From an uncultured Lachnospiraceae bacterium (lineage in GTDB: Bacteria > Bacillota > Clostridia > Lachnospirales > Lachnospiraceae): 64,000 nucleotides of DNA. Positions 40,262 through 49,258 of this stretch are shown here, piece after piece (the first letter of the stretch is position 1; the number at the start of each line of letters is the position of its first letter). The notes under the pieces were generated by a model. That model was given only the letters and a program-made list of their open reading frames with translations. It ran no database searches and was not told the DNA's origin. A program made the translations under genes and the position numbers. The DNA is taken from positions 5,603 to 69,602 of the forward strand of contig CADANR010000003.1 of the NCBI GenBank assembly GCA_902789265.1. The letters run 5' to 3'.

Positions 40262-43200
40262 CTAATGCTTTTTTCTGGCTTTTAAGATGCTCTTATTTTC
40301 ATACATCTTCTTATCCGCGCGTTCGTAAACGGCTGAAACCTTTTCATCCGCTTCATACCTTGACATACCTAATGCAATTACAACTCCGCCGTTTTCTAAA
40401 GCTTCATCATTATGGCAGTTAACCTGCTCTACGAGTTCATCAATATGTGCGTAATCATCCCCCTGGGACAGGACTGCAAACTCATCTCCGCCCACACGGA
40501 AAACAGGGCTTCTTTTGAACGTCATGCAGACAATTCTGCAGGCATCACGCAAATACTGGTCTCCTGCTTTATGTCCTTCATTGTCGTTTACCTTCTTTAA
40601 ATCATTAACATCCAGAATAATGATTGCGAATTCCGGAGCACGACCGATATTAATCTGTGCATTCAGTCTTTCTTCATAAACACGATATGCGTTCCTGTTC
40701 TTTACTCCCGTAAGCGCATCGATATTTGCTTCAATTCTGGCCTGGGCAAGACGTTTGCCGTATTCTTCTTCCTGGCGGACCGCCGCATCAATATCATTGT
40801 ATCCGATAATCAGTCGCTTTCCTTCATCCTCCTCTAACATTACGGCTTTCAACTGAACATATCTGGGTTCGCCGTCAAGCATAATCCGGTAGCTTAATGT
40901 AAAGAGTCCGTTCTTATCCACTTCGTCTAAAACCTTTTCCCTCGTTACCATCGAAATAAATAGTCCCTGGTCCTCAGGGTAAATCAATTTTTCTGCTTTT
41001 ATTCTGGAATCCGAGAAGAAATTTTCTCCCTCTCTGAATCGATCAAAACTTTCAAAATTCGAAGTTGCGCTGATTTCACGATACTGACATGTTTCCGGAT
41101 TTACAACATAGATACAGAAGAAATCACCGGCAAGTGCACTGATTCTGTTATATGCAATCTGTTCCTCTCGCATTTTAGCAGCGGCATTATGTTCATTCAT
41201 CTGCTCGCTGACATCCATTAATGCGATAATAATAAATCTGTTGTCATCCTGCATTCTGGTAATTTTCATGCTGACGTAACTCGGTTCTTCTTTCCCTTTG
41301 AGTCTTATTGTCATCATAAAATTATTGTTCTGGTCCAAATGTTTCTCCAGAGTCTTTCGGTCCATTGCGGCTTTTACGGCTTCCTGATCTTCCGGTAATA
41401 CATGTTCCTCAATAATGTCCATGCATTCTTCAAAGAAATGGAAACCTCTTCTGTTTTCAATCAAAGTACCGTTTTCATCATCCGTCAGATAACTGATAAA
41501 TTCTTCCGAATTTAAATCCACATAGAAAAGATTCTCGTAACCATGTGCCAGAGTCTGCGCAATGTGAGCGTAAATAATACCCGTACTTAAAGCTTTTTCA
41601 TAAGATTCCTTGGATCCGACACTTCCTCTTGTTATATGCACGAAGTCAGTAACATCCTGGAAAATACCGAGAATACATTCCCGTCCGGAATCGTCCGTAT
41701 ACTTTAATTTGGTTGTCTTAATCTGTTTTTTGCGTCCGGAAGCATCCGATAAATCATCATAGAATACATATGGACCATCCATGGACAAAGCCATATTGTC
41801 ATCTTCCGCATAACGTTTTGCGGTTTCTTCATCAAATAATTCCGAAGCGGTAAGTCCGACTACATCCTCCGGTTTTTTCTTATGCGCATAATCCGCAAAT
41901 GCCTGGTTGCACGCAAGATATTTTCCGGTTTTTGCATCTTTGGTATAGTTCATGCCCGGCATATTATCAAGAAGAGATGTTACCGTCTGTTTCAGATTGG
42001 CAATCTCCTCTGCCTCCTTTAACAATACCCTTTGTACATTGGCTGTCCTGTCCGCTTTAATTTTTTGAACAAGCAGGAAAATAATAATGGAGAATACCGC
42101 AATAAGAAGGAGCATGACAATCATCCAGTTATCCTTTAAAAACTGCATAAATGTAACTTTTTGATCAGCCTGCATGTAGGAAGCAAGTGCAGAATCCATA
42201 TCTTCGCTCTTGGTCAGTATCGTTGACTTATTCATTAAGAAGTAAAGTTCGGTATCCCATTTTCTTACAGCAAAAGAAAACGACATGTTTTCACCGGTAG
42301 GTACGGAAAATAAATTGTATTTTTTCAATGTTTCCTCTGCCGAAGGAATTCGGTAATTGCTGACTAATACTGCATCCGTTTTCCCATCCGCAACAGCTTT
42401 ATAGCAGGCAGGAAGTCCCGGATATTCCACCCTTTTTGTCTTGGGATAATGTTCCATAATAAAGGATTCGATATTCATCATTCCTTCATTTACCGCAAGA
42501 GTAATCGTACTGTCTTTCGAAAGTCTTTCCTGTTCCGAAACCCGCATAATAGCATTCATTTCCGTCTTCATGGCCGGATCCGTTAATCTTATATTCTTCT
42601 GATCTGCATCATAAGAGTTTAAATTAACCGGGAAATAGCAGTCTATCTCTCCTGCATCCATTGCAATAAGCGCTTCTTCCGTTGAATTGTAAGGAATTGT
42701 TTCAAATTGAATGTATGGTTTGTCTAAAACATTCTGCGAATGTATCAGATAATCCTTAAGCGCTCCGGTCAGTTCTCCGGTTTCATCATCCATATCGCAA
42801 AACGGCAGGTAATCATCCCGATATCCAATCCGTATGGTACCGTGTTCCTTAATCCAGTCTTCGATTTCCGGTGTAAGCGTCGTACTCGTTCTTACATCAT
42901 AGGTTCTTTGTTCCGTTATCATCTGATTGAAATACGGATCTTCATCATGGATTTCAGCTAAAGCCATATTCAGTTCGGCAAGCAGATCCGGACGTTTTTT
43001 GTTTACGGCATAATAATAATCGGAGCCGCCGATTCTGGCGGAAGGAATTAACATCTGTTCCGATTCATACATGTAGACGGATGCATATCCGTCAAGTTCG
43101 CCTTCAGAAACCATTTGCATGGAAACAGTTTCTTCCGCGGTAAGCGAAACGATTTCCAGATTCACTTTGTATTTTTCGGCCCATTCGCGAAGATACATTT

Positions 43201-43666
43201 CCTGAATACTGTCTTTGTTGACACCGACACGTTTTCCGTTTAAAGTTGACGGATCATCTGCTGCAATATCCCTGTTTTTCGAATCAATATAAATGTAATA
43301 AGATTCCGTTCCCATCGGGAGATCGGTAAAGGACATAAATTCTTCTCGTTCCGGCTTATATGACACATCGCTTAAAAGATCGATTTTCCCCTCCTTTAAC
43401 ATTTGAAAAAGATTGGGCCAGCTGTCTTCCACATATTCATATGTCCATCCGGTATAAGCAGAAATCTTCTGCTGATACTCATAATCGATACCGCATCTTC
43501 TTCCGTAATCATCATAATAACAGAATGACGAATCAAACCAGCCGACACGTACAACTTTGTGTTCCGGTTCATCAGCACGAGCCGTAACAGGAGCAAAAAG
43601 ATTTATTACAAATGTGAAAAGCAAAAGGAATATTATTATCCTTTTCGGAAATAGATTTCTTTTCAT
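40262..43666 (-). CDS. sensor diguanylate cyclase: signal peptide, two family-3 solute-binding domains, TM, PAS-like modules and GGDEF
   Basis: Start placed at ATG 43666 (MKRNLFPKRIIIFLLLF...ARADE), forming an ATGA overlap with the stop of the upstream gene. SBP_bac_3-like segments VVRVGWFDS... and TIRIGYRDDYLPF... TM MIVMLLLIAVFSIIIFLLV. Intact RVGGDEFAV motif. Confidence 0.85.
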   Translation of the reverse strand: MKRNLFPKRIIIFLLLFTFVINLFAPVTARADEPEHKVVRVGWFDSSFCYYDDYGRRCGIDYEYQQKISAYTGWTYEYVEDSWPNLFQMLKEGKIDLLSDVSYKPEREEFMSFTDLPMGTESYYIYIDSKNRDIAADDPSTLNGKRVGVNKDSIQEMYLREWAEKYKVNLEIVSLTAEETVSMQMVSEGELDGYASVYMYESEQMLIPSARIGGSDYYYAVNKKRPDLLAELNMALAEIHDEDPYFNQMITEQRTYDVRTSTTLTPEIEDWIKEHGTIRIGYRDDYLPFCDMDDETGELTGALKDYLIHSQNVLDKPYIQFETIPYNSTEEALIAMDAGEIDCYFPVNLNSYDADQKNIRLTDPAMKTEMNAIMRVSEQERLSKDSTITLAVNEGMMNIESFIMEHYPKTKRVEYPGLPACYKAVADGKTDAVLVSNYRIPSAEETLKKYNLFSVPTGENMSFSFAVRKWDTELYFLMNKSTILTKSEDMDSALASYMQADQKVTFMQFLKDNWMIVMLLLIAVFSIIIFLLVQKIKADRTANVQRVLLKEAEEIANLKQTVTSLLDNMPGMNYTKDAKTGKYLACNQAFADYAHKKKPEDVVGLTASELFDEETAKRYAEDDNMALSMDGPYVFYDDLSDASGRKKQIKTTKLKYTDDSGRECILGIFQDVTDFVHITRGSVGSKESYEKALSTGIIYAHIAQTLAHGYENLFYVDLNSEEFISYLTDDENGTLIENRRGFHFFEECMDIIEEHVLPEDQEAVKAAMDRKTLEKHLDQNNNFMMTIRLKGKEEPSYVSMKITRMQDDNRFIIIALMDVSEQMNEHNAAAKMREEQIAYNRISALAGDFFCIYVVNPETCQYREISATSNFESFDRFREGENFFSDSRIKAEKLIYPEDQGLFISMVTREKVLDEVDKNGLFTLSYRIMLDGEPRYVQLKAVMLEEDEGKRLIIGYNDIDAAVRQEEEYGKRLAQARIEANIDALTGVKNRNAYRVYEERLNAQINIGRAPEFAIIILDVNDLKKVNDNEGHKAGDQYLRDACRIVCMTFKRSPVFRVGGDEFAVLSQGDDYAHIDELVEQVNCHNDEALENGGVVIALGMSRYEADEKVSAVYERADKKMYENKSILKARKKH

Positions 43667-46626
43667 GCTTCTCCACCTCCACATTCCAGAATAAGACGGG
43701 CTATCGTCTCATATAATTTATCCGGTTCTACCGGTTTAGATAAATGCTCATTCATTCCGGCACAGATAGAGTCTTCCACATCATCATCAAACACATTGGC
43801 TGTCATTGCTATGATGGGAATACTTCCTGCATCTTCGCGGTTTAAAGCGCGAATAGTACGTGTTGCTTCCAGACCGTCCATCCTGGGCATACGCACATCC
43901 ATCAGAATTGCTGCATAATACCCCGGCATTTTTTCTTTAAACATCCGAACAGCCTCTAAACCGTCGCAAGCCCGTTCCGCAAGGATATCTTCCAGTTCCA
44001 GCAGATCGGAAAGTATTTCCGCATTTTGATCCACATCTTCTGCCATTAATATTCTCTTGCCTGCAAGAACGGTTTCGTAAGATACCGTTTCATTCTCCAC
44101 CATTATAGTGCGATTACTCTCGGAAAGACCTGATTTTGTATTCTCATCCGCACTTCTTTTTGATGCTTCAAGCGGAACAACTATTGTAAATGCAGTGCCT
44201 TCTCCCTTCTTACTTTCAACGGAAATCTCACCGCCCATCATTTCCACGAGATTTTTGGTAATTGCCAGTCCCAGACCGCTTCCACCGTATTTGTTGGTAT
44301 TACTGTCATCCTCCATGGAAAATGTATCAAAGAGATGCGGAATATATTCGGGATCCATTCCGATACCCGTATCCTTCATAATAAACCGCATTCTGCAAAT
44401 CCCTTCTTCTTCGGATAACTGTTCCACCGTAAGAAATACATCCCCCGGGGCATTGGTGAATTTTACGGAATTTCCGAGAATATTTATTAAAACCTGTTTC
44501 AGTTTTAAATCATCGCCGATATAATAATCCTTCATTTCGCCGATCACATCGCAATGAAAACTGAGTCCTTTTTCCTGACATTGTCCATTAATAATGATTT
44601 GAATCGGATCCAGAAATCCCTTGAATAAAAATTCCTCATTCTTCACACTCACATGTCCCGATTCGATACGGCTCATATCCAGGATATCATTGATTAAGCC
44701 AAGCAAATGTTTTGCGCTGATACCGATTTTTTCAAGATGATCTCTCGTGCGCGGAGTCAGGTCCGGCTCTTTTAATGCTATCGTCTGAAGACCGATAATG
44801 GCATTCATCGGAGTACGTATTTCATGACTCATATTCGAAAGGAAACTGGATTTTGCCCGTGATGTTTCCTCTGCACGCGCCTTTTCGATTTCAATCATTT
44901 TCTCTCTGTTTTGCAAAATGTTATATATATCCAGAAGAATCAAAAGAGCTACCGCAATGAGTCCGATCTGAATATAACTGGCAATACGCACGGAGCCTTC
45001 GACTTTCGAAGTTTCATCCTGAAGAAACAGACCATCCGAGGACTTAGCGAAAAAATCTTTATCATGTGTATTCATTTGTTTCCATACAGTACTCTCATAC
45101 TTTTCAAGTGCCTGATTCGTGGTTTGATGCATCCAGACCGTGGAAGTAAAAACAATGAGCCCCAAAAGAACTACCCATGCAATAATGGATTTCCCCATGC
45201 GGCGTTCGTGATCCCGCTTAATAAATACACGAAAATACAGGAAGCCGCATATACTCCAGACAGAAAGAATCATATAGGATTCCGTGGATAATGTGCTGAT
45301 GGAAAGAATATTCGGGATTAAAAATTCAATCGCAAAAAGGACGGATATTACAAGCCCGAGCAGTCCGAATATTTGATATTTTCTGTTATTATCCTTTCTT
45401 GCGGTTTTAAACGCGGATGCAGAAGCCATTGCATAAGCAATTGTAGCTCCGACCGTGGTAACATCCACAATCCAGCTGATTGCAGTTCTACCTAAAAGCG
45501 GAAAAATTGCAGAGAATAAAAGAATACTCAGAATTGCATTTCGCGGAACGAAATTTTTTTTCTTTCCGAGCCATTTAGGGAAAAGACCGTCTGAAGAAAG
45601 AGAATCCACAAGTCGGCTTAATGCAATATAATTACCGATTAATCCGGTAAAAATTCCTCCCATTGCGGCAATACCCAGAATCAAACTTCCATTCTTTCCC
45701 ATAGCCTGAAATGCCGCATGGAAAGTCGGTTGTGAAGCAGCTCCGGAATAGTTCCCGAGATTTCTGATATAATCTGTCCAGGAAGTGCATCCTTCCGGAA
45801 ATGTTTTTACTGCCATAAGGGATAATAAGATATACACAATCGTCGCCGTAATTACAGCAACAAGAAGTACGGGAAATGATTTTTTTAAGGAAAACTTTGC
45901 TTCCGCCGCAGAATGCGAGATGGATTCAAAACCGACAAAAGCCCATGGTGCAAGGGCAAAAATGGTAAATACACCGGATGCGGCACTTTTTCCCGGTGCA
46001 AATGCCGGGAAATATCCGCCGGTTCCGAATTTGCCGGCAACGACAACAAAACAAACGACCACGCCCATGAATAAAAGAACAGCCATAATAATCTGTGTAA
46101 CGGCAGCAGGTTTCCGAAACAGGCAAACCACAGCCGCAAGCACGAGCGCACATTCTGCCAGAAGAATTTCACCGACATAGATCGAATATCCTGCGAGATC
46201 ATAGAGATGACCGAATTGAAACAGATTACCGACAAGTGTCCTCATGATTAAAGGTAACGCAGTTGCATTCGCCCAGATAATTGCGATATAAGTCAGAATC
46301 AAAAACCATGCGCTTAAGAATCCCTGGTCGTATCCAAAGGCATTCTTTGTATAAGTATATGCCCCGCCGCCGTCCGGATAACGATTCATCAGATAGTGGT
46401 AATTAACGGCAATCAACAGCATAACCAATCCGCCGAGTCCGAGTCCGACAGTTGTTCCGACCGGACCCGCAATGGGTAAAAACGTGGTTCCGGGCATAAC
46501 AAAAGACCCCCAGCCCACACTGCACCCGAATGCAAGCGCCCATGCGCCGAGAAGTCCCAGATATTGTTTACTCTTTAAAGAAAAACCTTCCTCATTCATG
46601 AAATGTTCCACGATGCCCCCCGACAT
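43663..46626 (-). CDS. APC-superfamily permease domain fused to a histidine kinase and receiver (transporter-like hybrid sensor kinase)
   Basis: 987 aa. The N-terminal ~470 aa are permease-like (GAWALAFGCSVGWGSFVMPG..., many TM helices), followed by extra TM helices. H-box SHEIRTPMNAIIG, G-box GGSGLGLAI, REC RILMAEDVD...LMDVRMPRMDG...SKP. Confidence 0.8.
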   Translation of the reverse strand: MSGGIVEHFMNEEGFSLKSKQYLGLLGAWALAFGCSVGWGSFVMPGTTFLPIAGPVGTTVGLGLGGLVMLLIAVNYHYLMNRYPDGGGAYTYTKNAFGYDQGFLSAWFLILTYIAIIWANATALPLIMRTLVGNLFQFGHLYDLAGYSIYVGEILLAECALVLAAVVCLFRKPAAVTQIIMAVLLFMGVVVCFVVVAGKFGTGGYFPAFAPGKSAASGVFTIFALAPWAFVGFESISHSAAEAKFSLKKSFPVLLVAVITATIVYILLSLMAVKTFPEGCTSWTDYIRNLGNYSGAASQPTFHAAFQAMGKNGSLILGIAAMGGIFTGLIGNYIALSRLVDSLSSDGLFPKWLGKKKNFVPRNAILSILLFSAIFPLLGRTAISWIVDVTTVGATIAYAMASASAFKTARKDNNRKYQIFGLLGLVISVLFAIEFLIPNILSISTLSTESYMILSVWSICGFLYFRVFIKRDHERRMGKSIIAWVVLLGLIVFTSTVWMHQTTNQALEKYESTVWKQMNTHDKDFFAKSSDGLFLQDETSKVEGSVRIASYIQIGLIAVALLILLDIYNILQNREKMIEIEKARAEETSRAKSSFLSNMSHEIRTPMNAIIGLQTIALKEPDLTPRTRDHLEKIGISAKHLLGLINDILDMSRIESGHVSVKNEEFLFKGFLDPIQIIINGQCQEKGLSFHCDVIGEMKDYYIGDDLKLKQVLINILGNSVKFTNAPGDVFLTVEQLSEEEGICRMRFIMKDTGIGMDPEYIPHLFDTFSMEDDSNTNKYGGSGLGLAITKNLVEMMGGEISVESKKGEGTAFTIVVPLEASKRSADENTKSGLSESNRTIMVENETVSYETVLAGKRILMAEDVDQNAEILSDLLELEDILAERACDGLEAVRMFKEKMPGYYAAILMDVRMPRMDGLEATRTIRALNREDAGSIPIIAMTANVFDDDVEDSICAGMNEHLSKPVEPDKLYETIARLILECGGGEA

Positions 46627-46683
46627 TCATATTTTTATAAAAACATTTCACATTCTGAATAAATATTTCATTCTAAAACATAT

Positions 46684-47082
46684 TCATATTATATACTTTT
46701 GACCGGATCGTTCAACAGATTCTGCGTATCTTTTTATCCCCTCCACAGTATTCGCATACATGTTTCGAATCATCTCAATCTTTGTTTTTACTTCTTCATC
46801 CGAAAATTTCCTTGCACTGCCCGGACGATATTCTTCCGAAATCTCAGAAAACGCATCGGAAAGATTCATAAGCCCCAGATTTGAACAGACTCCCTTCAAT
46901 GCATGTGCCGTTTCAAACAGTTCCGTGGGATTCATGCTGTTTCCGGCAGCGAAAAAATTGTCCGAAACATTGTTTTCCGGAAACTTACGAATATGTTTAT
47001 CAATCAGTTTATCCATACGGAGAATCCGGACAGCCTGATCGTAATCGCCGTTTATATTTTGATATAATTCCTGAATTGTCAT
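46684..47082 (-). CDS. Hpt (histidine phosphotransfer) domain protein
   Basis: 132 aa with the phospho-His motif AHALKGVCSNLGL. Confidence 0.85.
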   Translation of the reverse strand: MTIQELYQNINGDYDQAVRILRMDKLIDKHIRKFPENNVSDNFFAAGNSMNPTELFETAHALKGVCSNLGLMNLSDAFSEISEEYRPGSARKFSDEEVKTKIEMIRNMYANTVEGIKRYAESVERSGQKYII

Positions 47083-47118
47083 GTAGAATCTTCTTTCAGC
47101 TTATAGCAGTTAAATTCT

Positions 47119-47177
47119 GTTTCATTTAAATCCGTTTCATTTATAGCTGTTTCATTTAAAGCTGTTTCATTTATAGT
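47119..47177. repeat. 15-bp direct repeat x4 (gtttcattta + 5 nt) between the DUF362 gene and the Hpt gene
   Basis: The copy core gtttcattta starts at 47119, 47134, 47149 and 47164, an exact 15-bp period. On the minus strand it reads TAAATGAAAC x4, followed by TATAAG and the Hpt ATG. Confidence 0.85.
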
Positions 47178-48302
47178 TTACTTCATCGTTATCAGTTCGT
47201 ACGATCTCGTACCGATACCGATTTTCTCTGCATGCTCCAGCGTTTCTTCCCAGGAAACATTCGGATTGCTGTTATGCCATACATCTCCGTGATCATGAAA
47301 ATGCTCACGCGCCATATTATCGCCGAGCTGGCTGTTTCTGATCGGCTCTGCTTTCTGGCAAAGATCCACGCATGCCTGGTCGAGTGCCACCGGATCAAAG
47401 GATGCCAGCATTCCGATATCGGGTAAAATCGGTGCATCATTTTCTCCGTGACAGTCACAGTTCGGAGAAACATCGGTAATTAAGCTGATATGGAAATGCG
47501 GTCTTTCGTTTAACACGGCAGCCGTATATTCGGCCATTTTTCTGCCGAGAATTGCAGCCGCATCCCAGTTATCGTTTTCGATTGCATCGAATGCACAGGC
47601 ACCGATGCAGCGTCCGCATCCCTTACATTTTTCCGGATCAATCCATGCTTTTTTATCCGTATAACTGATGGCATCCGAGCCGCATTCTTTTGCACATCTT
47701 CTGCATCCTTTACATTGTGCTTCAATTACATGGGGATGTCCCGAATTATGCTGCTGCATTTTTCCGGCACGACTCCCGCAGCCCATTCCGATGTTTTTGA
47801 TGGCACCACCGAAACCGGCCATTTCATGTCCTTTGAAATGATTTAAGGAAACCAGAATATCCGCATCCATTACGGCACGTCCGATATATGCTTCCTTACA
47901 GTATTCCCCATTCGGAACCGGTACCGCAATGTCATCCGTTCCGCGAAGCCCGTCGGCTATAAGAATCTGACAGCCTGTGGTAATTGTATTGAACCCGTTG
48001 ATGTTTGCGCAGTCCAAATGCTCGAGCGCATGCTTCCTGCTTCCCGGATACAGCGTATTGCAGTCGGTCAGAAACGGCAGTCCACCCTGTTCTTTAATCA
48101 CATCTGCAACCGCCTTTGCATAATTCGGTCTTAAATACGCAAGATTCCCGAGTTCTCCGAAATGCATTTTGATTGCCACGAACTTGCCGTTCATATCAAC
48201 GGAGCCGATGCCCGCCGTCTTAATCAGTTTTTGAAGTTTCGCAGTTAAGCTGACGCCCAAAACGGTTCTGAAATCGGTAAAATAAACTTTTGACTTCTCC
48301 AT
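47178..48302 (-). CDS. DUF362 domain protein with a 2x[4Fe-4S] ferredoxin insert
   Basis: Start at ATG 48302 (MEKSKVYFTDF), preceded by GGAGGAAG. Cys motifs CKGCRRCAKEC and CKGCGRCIGAC. Confidence 0.8.
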   Translation of the reverse strand: MEKSKVYFTDFRTVLGVSLTAKLQKLIKTAGIGSVDMNGKFVAIKMHFGELGNLAYLRPNYAKAVADVIKEQGGLPFLTDCNTLYPGSRKHALEHLDCANINGFNTITTGCQILIADGLRGTDDIAVPVPNGEYCKEAYIGRAVMDADILVSLNHFKGHEMAGFGGAIKNIGMGCGSRAGKMQQHNSGHPHVIEAQCKGCRRCAKECGSDAISYTDKKAWIDPEKCKGCGRCIGACAFDAIENDNWDAAAILGRKMAEYTAAVLNERPHFHISLITDVSPNCDCHGENDAPILPDIGMLASFDPVALDQACVDLCQKAEPIRNSQLGDNMAREHFHDHGDVWHNSNPNVSWEETLEHAEKIGIGTRSYELITMK

Positions 48303-48374
48303 CGGCTTCCTCCTTTTCTTATTCGGAATATTCAATATCCTAAGTCCCTTGATTCACCACATTTCATATGTTCT

Positions 48375-48403
48375 ATTTTAGTTTTTTACACCCTAAAAGT
48401 CAA
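48375..48403 (-). promoter_or_regulatory. candidate sigma-A promoter of the DUF362 gene (and possibly the signalling operon)
   Basis: Minus strand: TTGACT (48403-48398), 17 nt, TAAAAT (48380-48375). Confidence 0.5.
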
Positions 48404-48514
48404 TTTTCTACAGCATTTTACCTCCCGTTTCTATTATGCTTTTATAGCAGTTTTAAGTTCCTTTACAAGTTCCCACTCTTCATTCGTAAAATCAGGTAAT
48501 ATTTCTCTCTTTTT

Positions 48515-48549
48515 TCAAACAAAAATCCCGGCAAAATCCTGCCGGGACC
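48515..48549 (-). terminator. rho-independent terminator after the metallophosphoesterase gene
   Basis: Minus strand: TCCCGGCA-GGATTT-TGCCGGGA followed by TTTTTGTTTG. Confidence 0.8.
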
Positions 48550-48571
48550 AAGTATTTTCAAGAGAATCTTT

Positions 48572-49258
48572 CTAATCTATATTTTGAGGATAAATCGTCC
48601 AGAACGCACCTCTTAAATTTTTCGATAAATCCTTCTTCTTAATGTGGTTCTTCTTTCTTAAATCAAAATCAATAATATATTTATCATAACAGTTAACGAC
48701 CGTAGTTCCGGTCGGATGCACACTTTCGCGTTTAAAATTCCTATGACGGTAACTTGCATGCACATGTCCGTGAAGCATATATGTCGGATGTACACGCTCC
48801 AAAAACTCATTGAAGCAGGCGAAGCCTTTATGTGCATAATCCTCCATGTCACCGAAATCCAGGCAGGCTGCATGAGTAACCAGAACATCCACTCCGCCGT
48901 TTTTGATAATCTTCGGTTTTGCCTTACAAATCTTTGTACGCATCTGATCCTCGGTGTACATGTATTTACCGTTCGAATATTTTCTGGAACCGCCGAAGCC
49001 CACGAAACGAACCCCGTTAACGGTTACTACTTTTCCGTCAATATTAATGCAGCCCTCGGGCGGACGTTCGATATACTGTTTGTCATGATTCCCCGGTACA
49101 TAAAGAAGCGGAAGCCCCGTCATCGTAACCAGGAATTCCAGATATTCTGCGCGTAAATCCCCGCAGGATACAATTACATCAACATCCTTCACTTTGTCCG
49201 GGGTATAGTAATCCCAGAGTGCTTTTGATTCGTCATCCGAGATGGCTAGGATTTTCAT
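48572..49258 (-). CDS. calcineurin-like metallophosphoesterase
   Basis: 228 aa with motifs VSCGDL, VPGNHD, VTHAA and GHVH. ATGA overlap with the upstream gene. Confidence 0.8.
   Translation of the reverse strand: MKILAISDDESKALWDYYTPDKVKDVDVIVSCGDLRAEYLEFLVTMTGLPLLYVPGNHDKQYIERPPEGCINIDGKVVTVNGVRFVGFGGSRKYSNGKYMYTEDQMRTKICKAKPKIIKNGGVDVLVTHAACLDFGDMEDYAHKGFACFNEFLERVHPTYMLHGHVHASYRHRNFKRESVHPTGTTVVNCYDKYIIDFDLRKKNHIKKKDLSKNLRGAFWTIYPQNID

Noticed and set aside
47119-47177. Possible CRISPR array (also considered for 29498-29732 and 24979-25012)
   Set aside because: The repeats are contiguous, or separated by only 5 nt, with no unique spacers. The units are too short (13-15 bp) or lie in frame inside a gene. 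There are no cas genes.
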